Assembly: GCA_032128875.1 (NCBI GenBank)
Contig: JAVLKG010000014.1
Location: forward strand, 33,350-97,349
Direction of reading: 5' to 3'
Length of the DNA stretch: 64,000 bases
Source of the DNA: Candidatus Melainabacteria bacterium 17Bon1m
GTDB lineage: Bacteria; Cyanobacteriota; Vampirovibrionia; Obscuribacterales; Obscuribacteraceae
Shown here: positions 38,390 through 47,758 of the stretch, one piece after another
Layout of the letters: every line of letters starts with the position of its first letter
How positions within the stretch are numbered: the first letter of the stretch is position 1
Made by a program: the position numbers and the translations under genes
Notes under the pieces: model-generated
Told to the model about the DNA's origin: nothing
The model's database searches: none
The model's input: only the letters and a program-made list of their open reading frames with translations

Positions 38390-41300
38390 ATGGCAGAAGG
38401 TCTCTCTAGATTCAATAACCCGGAACTGAACAAGGCCCAGGAGCCGCCGCCGGATACGGCTGAAGCTTTGCGCGAGCAGATTCGGCAGCACGAATTTATA
38501 GATCAGCACCGCGGGCTGCTCGACCGTGCCACGACTAATGTTCTCAATCGTGGGGATGAAACTTCGCTGGCTGCTCTGAAGAGCCTCGAACAACGCGTCT
38601 CTCAAGGAAATATAAAACAGGGCGAAATTTCAGCCGCAGTCAAAGCTGACAAAGACGCCATGAACTGGCAAGGCGAAGTGAGCATGTACGGTACCGGCTT
38701 TATGAAAGCCGCGACGCTCTTCTTGCCGGGCAAAGGCAAAATTCCGTGGATGGCCGCTGGTGCGGTGCATGCCGTCGACCAGATCAAAATTGCTCCCGAT
38801 ATCTCCGCCGGCGAAGTAGTCGCCGACGGTGTTCTTGGTTTCGGCAAAGGTGCCGGAATGAAGATCATGATGGACAAGGTGAGCGCGAGCAGCTGGCGCA
38901 CCTGGGAAAAAGGTATGGTCATTGGTGGCGCTGGCGGTGCACTAGAAACCAGCTTGCACCGCGAGAATTGGCTCAACAAAGAAGGCCAAGTCGACATCAT
39001 GGGCGGCTTGGGACGCACGACTCAATCTTCATTGTTCGGCGCTGGTGCCGGTGCTGTCACATTCCATTTCGGTCACAAACTCTTCAAAGGCATCTCGGCG
39101 CAAACCGGCGGCGCGCTCGAAAGGAGCGGATTGGCGTCCAACATGGGTGTCGGCTTTAGCTTCGGTGCCACCGGCGGATTCACGAATGAAGCGCTTAATC
39201 AGGTTCGCAAAGGCGAATTCGATCCGGTTCAACTGGCTGTGCGTTCGTTGATGCAGGGCAGCGTCGACATGCTTGCAGGTGGCACTGGCTACAAAGCCGG
39301 AAAGCTCTACATGCCGGAAACACCTGGCACGCACCAGGCGTTCGGCAACAACGAGCAAGGTCCATCATTGATGTCTCAGCTCAAAGGTGTTGGGGAGCGT
39401 TTCCTCAAGCCTTCCGAAACCACAGCCGAATCGCAACTGTCTGGCAAAACAAGAAGACGTGGCGGCGATGATGATGATGGCGGCGGTGGAAAAGGCGACT
39501 GGCGCGACCAGTTGGAACAACTCAGCAAGCAAAATGGCTGGGGCTCCAAGGAAGACTTGACCGGCAAAGGTAAAGACGGCAAAAAAGGCGAAGAAGTAAC
39601 TAGCGGCGAAGAAGTCGTTCGCAATGAAGCTCTTCGCGATGAAGTAAACAACGGCAGTGAAACAGCGCCTGTCGATAAAACCGTTCGCCCTCAGACCGAT
39701 CTCAAGCCAGTCGAAAAGGTAGAAAAGGTAGAAAAGGTAGAACAAACAGAGAAAGTTCAACCCCAAAAGACCGAACTCGACGCCGCACAGCAAGATTTGC
39801 AATCTCGTTTGGATGCATGGGCAAAAGAACAAATTGCAAACGACGCCAAGCCTATAGAAGATCGAAGCGCATTGCCAGGCGGCAAACTCAGCGATTTAGA
39901 TATTCCGAACGCCATGCGAATCTACAGAGATTTGCCTGGACGTCTGAAGACGAGAAATGGTGATGAGCCCATTCCAGAGCTGGAAGCCAGAGTTCTCAGA
40001 GAACGGTACAAAGATTTGCCGGACATGATCGCGTCTGCGATTGCCAAAGCAAGAGCCGAGCAAACCAAGACTACAGCTAGCGAAACTGATGAAATCGTCA
40101 GTGGTGGCACAGAAAGCAAGCCGGCTGCGGATCAGTACACGAGTCTTTTGCGCCGTGCCGCAGGAGAAGGCGAAGAGTTGACTCCGCTCGAGCGCCGTAC
40201 TCTCAGCGAGTTGCACGAAGGGCGCGTTGAAGCTAAGGAAGATGCGCTTGATTTGGATACACGTGTCGCTGCTGTCCGTAGCGAGATCGAGACCGCTCGC
40301 AACACGTCAACTACCTCTGAAGTTACTGAAGGTCCCAAGCCCCCGGAAGGTTTCCAAAAAGGCGAAGCCACCTGGCGCAATAAGGATCAAGACATTCCTG
40401 TCGAAATCACTGAGTATCTCGGTGAGAAAGATGGACGTCATTATGTCAAAGTGAAGGGCGCAGAGACAGGCATTCCGCTTGACGAAATCTCTTTTGCAAA
40501 GCCGACGGATATCAATTTAGAGCATCCGGCCGGACTGACGACTGAAGGTAAAACCGTCAGTATCCCTGAGATTGATGTGGTTCGTGACACCAATGGTATG
40601 TTCGGCACCACGCAGACTCAAGGCAACACGCTTCTGAAGGAAGCTGTTATTGATGCGACTCTCGCCACTGTTGAATCAGGCAAAGTCCAGACAGAAGCCG
40701 CTGCGAGACTTCGCGACCTAGTTGTTGCCGAGCCCGAGCTGAAGCCTGCATTAGAAATGATCGCCGGTCTCGAGAAGAACGAAGCGCTGCGACCGGTTAT
40801 CGAACAAGCGATCGCCGGCATTGAAGCGCCGCCGCCCGAGCCTGCAAGAATCACGCTCAAAGATATTGAAACAAGACGTCCCAATGAGCTGGCTGAAAAA
40901 GTTCAGGAAGGCATCAATTCAGCGGACAAGGCTTCCAAAGGTGATACCGCAGCCCAAGAGCAGTTGAATGAGCTGGCGAGAAACAGCACGGATGCGACTG
41001 ATCCGAGCAATCCAGTGTTCGATATTCAGGCTGGTTTGGCAAGAGTCGCAATGGCGAAACCCGAGCTTGCTCGCTCTATCTATGAAGCCTACAAAGACAC
41101 TTTGCAGAATTCTCAACTGACTGAGTTTGGCGTCAAGTTCGCCAAAGAAGCGGTTGAAGGAGACGCTGCCGCCAAGCAGTATTTTGAAGAGTTTGCCCGT
41201 AGACACGCTCATGAAGACGTGAAGCGCGGCATGATCGATGCGGCTAAAGCAAGAGAAAATGCCGACCTTACCGACCTTGTCTACGAGAATTACAAAGACG

Positions 41301-43696
41301 CGCTCACCACCACCGACAAGTTCTTCTTCGGCGGCAAGTTCTTGCAAGACGCCCACAAGGGCGGTCAGCCCGAAATGGACAACTTGATGAAGTTTGCTCG
41401 GGAAAATACTGAGCCCGAAATTCTTGATGTAATGCGTCTTTTCGCTGACAAATATCCTGAGTACGCTAAGACGTTCCAGCGTGGATTCGGTGTTCTTGAT
41501 GCGCCTCCGTCCGATCTAAAGATGATCACCGAGGCCGGCAAACTCATCGATGCAAAACAAGCAGAGTTGCTCGGACAGCCAGCCGCTGAATCTTCCATGT
41601 TGAAGTTCATGAGCGAAGTGTCAGATGCGATTGCTGCCAGACGCTGGGAGTATCAACAATCGTTTGAGAAAGCTCAACAAGATATCGTTGAAAACATCGA
41701 ACTGCTCGCTCAAATGAAGGGCATTGAAAACCCAGCCTTCCTCACTGATGTAGTCAAAAACGCACCGTGGCCGACCGACATCAAAGCACTCGAAGCAGCC
41801 AATAAACTCTTCGATGTGGAAGTCGCATCACGTAAAGCAGCAGAAGCCGGCGAAGCAAAACCTGAAGCCGGCAACACGTTGGACTTTATCCGCGCTGTCA
41901 ACCAGGCTATGCAAGAGCGCGTCAATGCCGGCATGAGCGTTCCGGAGGCGGCTGCTGCCATCAAGAAAAATCTGGATCGTATTGCTGAGTCGCGCGGTCT
42001 TGAAAAATCTGATTTCCTCAACGAAGCGATTGCAGAAGCTGCGGTTCCTTCCCGTTCTGACGGTGAAGACCATGTTTCAAAACTCGGCGTCGAGGCTCTT
42101 GATACGCAAGTCGCTGACGCGAAAGCGGCGGCTTCGGGCGCAGAGAGAAAGGGCCTTTCTGATGGTTCTGACTTCGTCAAAGCTCTTTGGGCAGAGATGT
42201 GGAATGGACCTACGCGTAATGTGGAAGTGCTCGAGCGCGTAAGAGCGCGCCTTGAAATTCATGCTGCTTTGAAGGGCTTGCCCAACGCCAACGACATGCT
42301 GCCGTTTATCGCAGAAGTTGCCACTTTCGGCCATGAATCCGCCGCACGTCCTGGCACAAATCAATTGGAAGTGAATGTTTCGCCTGAAAATCAGGTAGAC
42401 ATCATGAAGCGCACTGGTGAGTTCCGTCAGATTGTTCAGAACTCCAGACTCCCGCAAGACCCGATGTTTACCGGAACCCCTCGTGAAGGTCTGAACCAAT
42501 GGTTCGACCATTACATGAAGGTCAGAGGCGAGGTGTTCGAATGGCTCAACAACAATAGAGACCTCTGGGACTATGCTAAAGCTTACGCTGCCAATACGGA
42601 ATACAGTCCGATTGCTGCAATGATTGACGCTTATCCACACTTGGATTCGCGCTTCCTGGCTGATTTCCCGAGCTACGACCACCGGCTTTTGACTCCGAAA
42701 CCGGAGCGTCAAGAACCAGTCACAGACGAAGTTGTTTCCGAAGGACCGAAGGAAAACGCTGAAGTTCAGCCTGAAGTAAAGCCTGAAGTTCAATTCAATC
42801 CAACTGTCGCTAAAGCTGCTGAGAACATGAACTCCGGCGATAAGGCGCTGCAGATTCAGGGCGCACTCGAGACGCAATACCTCATGAACCCTCGCGCTCG
42901 AGGAATTGAGCAGTTCTCGCGTTGGCGCCAGATCGCCGAAGCCTATCATGAAGAGCTGCCGCCGCAAGCGAAGGCAATTAAAGAACTCTTCAGACGTCCT
43001 GAAGTTAAAAACATGTCCGATGAGGCGCTCATGGAGTTCCTCTCCGCCAACCAAGCTCCTGTGCAATTCCGCAAGGGCGGTTGGACTTACAACGATGATG
43101 TCTTCAGTGCTCGCGTCAACGATCTGCAGAAAGCGCTTGATGCATTCAAGACTGCAGATATGAAAGATCCCAGCAAAGCCGGACAACCTGGCATGGCTGA
43201 GGCAACCGAGGCTGCCACCGCACTTGGTGTCAGGCTCGCGACCGAATTTGCAAGTAACAGACCGCTTCTCAACGAAGTAATGTTCAAAATCAATGATGAA
43301 TCGCCCTTCCGCACGCAGTACAAGGAAATGCTCGGCTTGATGCTCGAGAATCCGGGCGGCGCTGCGAAGATCAAAGAAGTGTTTGACGCCTTCAAAGCAA
43401 TTCAGGACGTTCGTCAAACTTACCTGCCGCGCGCTCCGAAGCCGAGACCTGGCGAGCCGCGTCCTCCACGCATCGAACTCACACCTGAGCAAAATCAGGC
43501 GATGATGGGCGAAATTCAAGGCATTGTTTACGACGCCCAAACCAAGGCTCTCGAGACCAATCCGTCCAATCCGGAGAAATTGGTCGAGCTTATCGAGAAC
43601 CTGGCATATGGCAAAGGTCCGAGAGACGAAACGCCTCGCAAACCATTTGGAGCCCCAGGCGCCAAGCCAGGCGGCGACCGCAGACCTCCACGCTAA
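38390..43696 (+). CDS. Giant hypothetical protein (1768 aa) with Gly-rich hydrophobic N-region and internal helical repeats
   Basis: Uninterrupted 5.3-kb ORF; no recognisable catalytic motif. Confidence 0.85.
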   Translation: MAEGLSRFNNPELNKAQEPPPDTAEALREQIRQHEFIDQHRGLLDRATTNVLNRGDETSLAALKSLEQRVSQGNIKQGEISAAVKADKDAMNWQGEVSMYGTGFMKAATLFLPGKGKIPWMAAGAVHAVDQIKIAPDISAGEVVADGVLGFGKGAGMKIMMDKVSASSWRTWEKGMVIGGAGGALETSLHRENWLNKEGQVDIMGGLGRTTQSSLFGAGAGAVTFHFGHKLFKGISAQTGGALERSGLASNMGVGFSFGATGGFTNEALNQVRKGEFDPVQLAVRSLMQGSVDMLAGGTGYKAGKLYMPETPGTHQAFGNNEQGPSLMSQLKGVGERFLKPSETTAESQLSGKTRRRGGDDDDGGGGKGDWRDQLEQLSKQNGWGSKEDLTGKGKDGKKGEEVTSGEEVVRNEALRDEVNNGSETAPVDKTVRPQTDLKPVEKVEKVEKVEQTEKVQPQKTELDAAQQDLQSRLDAWAKEQIANDAKPIEDRSALPGGKLSDLDIPNAMRIYRDLPGRLKTRNGDEPIPELEARVLRERYKDLPDMIASAIAKARAEQTKTTASETDEIVSGGTESKPAADQYTSLLRRAAGEGEELTPLERRTLSELHEGRVEAKEDALDLDTRVAAVRSEIETARNTSTTSEVTEGPKPPEGFQKGEATWRNKDQDIPVEITEYLGEKDGRHYVKVKGAETGIPLDEISFAKPTDINLEHPAGLTTEGKTVSIPEIDVVRDTNGMFGTTQTQGNTLLKEAVIDATLATVESGKVQTEAAARLRDLVVAEPELKPALEMIAGLEKNEALRPVIEQAIAGIEAPPPEPARITLKDIETRRPNELAEKVQEGINSADKASKGDTAAQEQLNELARNSTDATDPSNPVFDIQAGLARVAMAKPELARSIYEAYKDTLQNSQLTEFGVKFAKEAVEGDAAAKQYFEEFARRHAHEDVKRGMIDAAKARENADLTDLVYENYKDALTTTDKFFFGGKFLQDAHKGGQPEMDNLMKFARENTEPEILDVMRLFADKYPEYAKTFQRGFGVLDAPPSDLKMITEAGKLIDAKQAELLGQPAAESSMLKFMSEVSDAIAARRWEYQQSFEKAQQDIVENIELLAQMKGIENPAFLTDVVKNAPWPTDIKALEAANKLFDVEVASRKAAEAGEAKPEAGNTLDFIRAVNQAMQERVNAGMSVPEAAAAIKKNLDRIAESRGLEKSDFLNEAIAEAAVPSRSDGEDHVSKLGVEALDTQVADAKAAASGAERKGLSDGSDFVKALWAEMWNGPTRNVEVLERVRARLEIHAALKGLPNANDMLPFIAEVATFGHESAARPGTNQLEVNVSPENQVDIMKRTGEFRQIVQNSRLPQDPMFTGTPREGLNQWFDHYMKVRGEVFEWLNNNRDLWDYAKAYAANTEYSPIAAMIDAYPHLDSRFLADFPSYDHRLLTPKPERQEPVTDEVVSEGPKENAEVQPEVKPEVQFNPTVAKAAENMNSGDKALQIQGALETQYLMNPRARGIEQFSRWRQIAEAYHEELPPQAKAIKELFRRPEVKNMSDEALMEFLSANQAPVQFRKGGWTYNDDVFSARVNDLQKALDAFKTADMKDPSKAGQPGMAEATEAATALGVRLATEFASNRPLLNEVMFKINDESPFRTQYKEMLGLMLENPGGAAKIKEVFDAFKAIQDVRQTYLPRAPKPRPGEPRPPRIELTPEQNQAMMGEIQGIVYDAQTKALETNPSNPEKLVELIENLAYGKGPRDETPRKPFGAPGAKPGGDRRPPR

Positions 43697-43703
43697 AACT
43701 AAT

Positions 43704-43822
43704 GGTCGACGGCGTGCCAGAGCTAATGCAGGGGCGGCGCCATGCGTCGACCGCCCAAGATATTGTATGTTCGCATTGCATGCGACCAAAATTTTGATGG
43801 GCGCGTGCAACGCGCCCCCAGG
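43704..43822. repeat. REP-like palindromes (families B and C)
   Basis: GCAGGGGCGGCGCCATGCGTCGACC and GGGCGCGTGCAACGCGCCCCC between convergent genes. Confidence 0.7.
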
Positions 43823-43823
43823 T

Positions 43824-44453
43824 TCACTTGGCGTTGAGTGCGTTTTGAAACTCGTTGAAGGCGAAGGTGTCGAACAGGACGAATCGCACTTCCTCGACGC
43901 TGTTGTCCTCTTGCAAAAATGATTGTGCGGTTGAAACGGCTATGGGAGCCGCTTTGTCGATGGGGAACCCATAAGCGCCGGTCGATATTGATGGGAAGGA
44001 AACAGTTTTCAACTCGTATTGAGCGGCAAGTTTCAAACTTTCTCGGTAGGCGCTTGCGAGCGTTTCTTCCTCATTGCATGAGCCATTTCGCCAGATAGGC
44101 CCGACAGTATGAATGACATATTGCGCTTTTAGATTGCCACCGCCGGTGATGACAGCTTGACCAGCAGGTAATTGTCCTTGCATGGCTCGAATTTGCTTGC
44201 ACTCCTCCAATATTTGAGGACCGCCGACTCTGTGAATGGCTCCGTCGACGCCACCTCCGCCCATCAATGTTGAGTTGGCTGCGTTGACAATCGCATCGAC
44301 TTCTTCGCGCGTAATGTCGCCGCGCACAAGACGAATTGTTTTGTTGCCGACTTTCTTTGAATTGCCGGGGGTTCCCACAATGCCGGATGTTTCCGAATTT
44401 CCGGAGTTTTCCGAAATGCCGGAGTTTTCCGATTTCTCTGATGAACTCGCCAT
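43824..44453 (-). CDS. Macrodomain protein (O-acetyl-ADP-ribose deacetylase, YmdB-like)
   Basis: GDIT, IVNAAN, GGGVDGAIH, VIHTVGP, SISTGAYGFP; N-terminal 6-aa repeats. Confidence 0.93.
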   Translation of the reverse strand: MASSSEKSENSGISENSGNSETSGIVGTPGNSKKVGNKTIRLVRGDITREEVDAIVNAANSTLMGGGGVDGAIHRVGGPQILEECKQIRAMQGQLPAGQAVITGGGNLKAQYVIHTVGPIWRNGSCNEEETLASAYRESLKLAAQYELKTVSFPSISTGAYGFPIDKAAPIAVSTAQSFLQEDNSVEEVRFVLFDTFAFNEFQNALNAK

Positions 44454-44512
44454 GATGCTCCGCCTTTTGAAAAGTCGCTCAACAACCGGTCTTTGAATGG
44501 CTCGCTAAAGTT

Positions 44513-45481
44513 CTAAACCACCATTTTGAGATCGTAGAGCGTTTCTTTCTCACTCTCGACCTGACCAAGTTTTGAATATTGTACTTCTCTGAATCGACCA
44601 TCCGACGAAAGCGATTTCAATGATTGTACGAATGGGCTCTTCTTGCCGTTTTGGTCGTGATAGAAGAGAAAGCGTGCGGTCCACTTCTGTCCATCTTGGA
44701 ATTTCTCGTAGACGAGCCTTCCGAGGCGATCTCGCACCTGTTCTGATGAGCTGTCTTTGCGCGTCGTCAGGTTGCGTGTCGAGAAATCCTGCGCTAATTC
44801 TTCCACGACCGTGGCGCCGTCATTGTTCGTCAATGAGCGTCGGGAGCGGGGATTTTGGAAGGGTTTGAACTCAGGAGACTTAGTAAAATCGCTTAGATAA
44901 GTAAGAATGTCTTTTTCGTGCTGATGGAAGGGTATGTCGTACCTGTTTTCTTGCTTTTGCGCCACCTGCTCTGGTGATGGTTGCTTGAAGAGCGGAGTTG
45001 ACGTGCCGACGTCTTGAACTTTGCCGTCTTCGGGCGGGACAAATGTTGTCTCGGCTGCTGTTTCGACGCTTGCTGTGACTGCCGTTTCTTCCTTTGCTGT
45101 GACTGCCGTTTCTACCTTTGCTGCGACTGCCGTTTCTCGGGCTGCCGAGACCGCGTTTTCTTTGATTGCAGCGACCGTCCTTTCTAGGGGAGCCGCTTCC
45201 GTTGCGAAAGATTCTGTTGTACCTTCGCGGGTCTGTTCCGGTGAGCCTTGTATATCACTTTCGGTTTCTGCCGGAGCAAAGATATCCTCAGGACCTGGCG
45301 ACGGCAAAGACTTTGCCATCGGCGGCAAGCCGATGTGCTGGAAAAGACGGCGGGATTCTAGATTTTCCTGCTGAGCTACTGCGGGTGGATTTCCGCCCAA
45401 AGTGGACGGGGTCGGAGTGGCATTTTTATGCAAGAAACTCGATCCGGACGTCGACATTGATTTCCCAAATGATTGGGACAT
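44513..45481 (-). CDS. Hypothetical protein with 8-aa tandem repeats (ETAVxAxx)
   Basis: Low-complexity N-half with 24-bp repeats at about 45050-45170; beta-rich C-terminus. Confidence 0.65.
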   Translation of the reverse strand: MSQSFGKSMSTSGSSFLHKNATPTPSTLGGNPPAVAQQENLESRRLFQHIGLPPMAKSLPSPGPEDIFAPAETESDIQGSPEQTREGTTESFATEAAPLERTVAAIKENAVSAARETAVAAKVETAVTAKEETAVTASVETAAETTFVPPEDGKVQDVGTSTPLFKQPSPEQVAQKQENRYDIPFHQHEKDILTYLSDFTKSPEFKPFQNPRSRRSLTNNDGATVVEELAQDFSTRNLTTRKDSSSEQVRDRLGRLVYEKFQDGQKWTARFLFYHDQNGKKSPFVQSLKSLSSDGRFREVQYSKLGQVESEKETLYDLKMVV

Positions 45482-45702
45482 CGTTGCCTCACCCTTAGGA
45501 TTGGACGTGTGAACGCTGAATCGTATTGTCTTTTTTACTAAAACATCTGAAGCTGGAAGTTGCCTAGATGCAACCCTATATATTGCGCGCGCCTGAAGGT
45601 CTTGTCAAGATCGTATAAAGATTGCGCGGCGACCCTTGCAAGCGAGTGCTGCCCGCACTTTTAGGCGGGGAGGCGGGCAGAATTCTTAAGTTCTAGAAGC
45701 AA

Positions 45703-47358
45703 TTAATATGAGGGCGGCGGTTGCGGTGGTGGCGGCGCCGATTGACCTTGAGGTGCCTGAACGTCTCTGCCCAAGACCACTCTGTTCTGTCCTTGCTTGG
45801 CCCTGTCTCGGGCGCGTTTCGCTAAAGTGATGAGCTTGTCTAGTTCTTGGCAGTCTTCCGGTACCGTTGCGACACCAAAAGCGAGAGCCAGACTGCGTGA
45901 GTCCATGTCAGATGAAAGCGGCGCTTCCAAAAGCACGCTTACGATACGGTTTGCCAGTGCTCCAGCCGCCATCGAGTTGGTGTTCGGCAAGAGGATAGCG
46001 TAGTCGAAAGTCTCATAGTGACCCACTTGGTCTACTTGTCGTTTGACGAGTCCGATGCGTTGCATGGCGCGACGGACGCCCAACATCTGCAAAGCTTCTA
46101 CCGAAGTACCGCCTGCTGCGTTGGTTTTGCGCATACCCATAGAAAAAATCAGCAGCGAGAAGGGCAAGTTGAAGTACTCGTACCTCAAATACTCTTGATC
46201 AAGGAAATAAATGAAAGCGTGATAAGTAAGAATACCCGTCTCCGGTCTGAGCAGGTTTTTCGTCACTTGCTGGATGGCGGTTTCGTCGATGCCCAGCGCT
46301 TTCAGGTTGGCCAAACGGCTTTGCTGAGGAGCCTGGTCTGTAACTTGCACTAGACCGCAGCTCACCAAGTTAAACAAGATCGGCACCCAGCCTACTTTGT
46401 TCATCGGGCGTTTTCTGAGCAAATCGAAGAGAGAATTCTTGTTGTCGATAAGCTCGTAGAAGTCGAGCTGCTGCGTGAGATCAAGCGGCGCGCCTTTGGA
46501 TAAACGCGCTTGAAACTCTTCTTCCGAGATCATGGCGTTTTTCTTGACCAGCACCGATTCCATCTTCAGCCCAGCTGAATCGAGATATTTCGATTGGTCG
46601 AGCAGTGTGACGCCTTCCATGAGCATGGCGTCAAGGCGCCTGGAGACCGACTTCTCTGTAGTCTGCTCATCCGGCCAAAAACGAAATTCGCCGACTTGCC
46701 AGGTAATTAGCTCGATTAGCGCATGGTCGCCTTTTACTTCTTTGATCATCGCGTGCACTGGGTTGCCGTCGACGAAGTAAACTTCGGCTTTCTCTGCGCG
46801 AGTGCGAATGTCGAGTTTACCGACCATTTTCGCGAGGTTGATGGATTGCAGCAAGTTGGGCACTTGCAAATTTTTCAAGTCGCCTTCGAGTGTCGCCTTG
46901 GCGCCTGGCCGGGGCGGTTCGAATGTGACTGGCGCCATGCCACCGCCGATTGTTGGATTTGTGACCGTGGCAGTGACAGTCGCGGTGCCGACATCGGATG
47001 CTTTTCCGAGCAAAGCTTGCGAAGGCACAAAGTCCTCGACCGAGCTAGAGCCGGAAGCCGTCGCCAGCAAGTTGCAGATCAGGGTGATGTCGCGAGTCGC
47101 GTAATTCCAGACTTCAACGTTGCCGGAAAGACCGGTTTCAAACATGGTCCAATTCGGGTCGCCCTGGTCGTGCTCGTAGCGAACCGAAAGAATAAAGTCG
47201 TGCTTTCTATCAGCGCCCGTCCACGGTAACTCGACGCAGCGTCCGATGATTTTCCTTGCTTCCTGCGAAAGAAATTCGATGTCTCCATAGCTCGGCATAG
47301 CCGATTGCTTCGGAAGTCTGACGTTGCGTGGTCCTGCTGCTTTTCCTGATCCAAACAT
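45703..47358 (-). CDS. DUF4388 (PATAN-like) domain plus degenerate GGDEF domain protein
   Basis: LEGDLKNLQVPNLLQSI...VYFVDGNPVHA...WQVGEFRF; C-terminal PETGILT...RQVDQVGHYETFDYAILLPNT. Confidence 0.82.
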   Translation of the reverse strand: MFGSGKAAGPRNVRLPKQSAMPSYGDIEFLSQEARKIIGRCVELPWTGADRKHDFILSVRYEHDQGDPNWTMFETGLSGNVEVWNYATRDITLICNLLATASGSSSVEDFVPSQALLGKASDVGTATVTATVTNPTIGGGMAPVTFEPPRPGAKATLEGDLKNLQVPNLLQSINLAKMVGKLDIRTRAEKAEVYFVDGNPVHAMIKEVKGDHALIELITWQVGEFRFWPDEQTTEKSVSRRLDAMLMEGVTLLDQSKYLDSAGLKMESVLVKKNAMISEEEFQARLSKGAPLDLTQQLDFYELIDNKNSLFDLLRKRPMNKVGWVPILFNLVSCGLVQVTDQAPQQSRLANLKALGIDETAIQQVTKNLLRPETGILTYHAFIYFLDQEYLRYEYFNLPFSLLIFSMGMRKTNAAGGTSVEALQMLGVRRAMQRIGLVKRQVDQVGHYETFDYAILLPNTNSMAAGALANRIVSVLLEAPLSSDMDSRSLALAFGVATVPEDCQELDKLITLAKRARDRAKQGQNRVVLGRDVQAPQGQSAPPPPQPPPSY

Positions 47359-47674
47359 TGGTTTCTATCGTTACCGTGTAACTAGTATCTGTTTATAAAT
47401 GGGCGCGCAATAACTCTGTTCCACGACGGGGGAAAAATCTACCGTTTTGTTGGAGAATCCCGGTGTTTGAAGGCATTGCCGGTGAGCTAATTGAAATTAT
47501 CAGCCGAAATCCCCCAAGAGGCGTAGGTTTTTGTCGCGACTTGTCTGAGTTGCCACCCCGCTCTTGCCAGCCGGTCGACCTTCCCAGTTGAAAGGTTCAG
47601 TTTACCTGGTTCAGAAAAAAGTCCGTTAACGGTCTTTTTTCGAATCCCAACCGCTCGGATTTTTGGTGTTTTTG

Positions 47675-47715
47675 GAAAAACAAGAGGCGGATTGGGATAT
47701 CCCGACCCGCCTCTC
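47675..47715 (-). terminator. Intrinsic terminator downstream of gdhA
   Basis: Minus strand GAGGCGGGTCGGGATATCCCAATCCGCCTC followed by TTGTTTTT. Confidence 0.75.
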
Positions 47716-47758
47716 ATTACCAGGCGATGCTTGTAGCATCACCCACACAGCCGTGACC

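Noticed and set aside
42077-43810. 577-aa minus-strand ORF
   Set aside because: Antisense shadow of the 1768-aa gene, starting within REP sequence, with no protein-like motifs.
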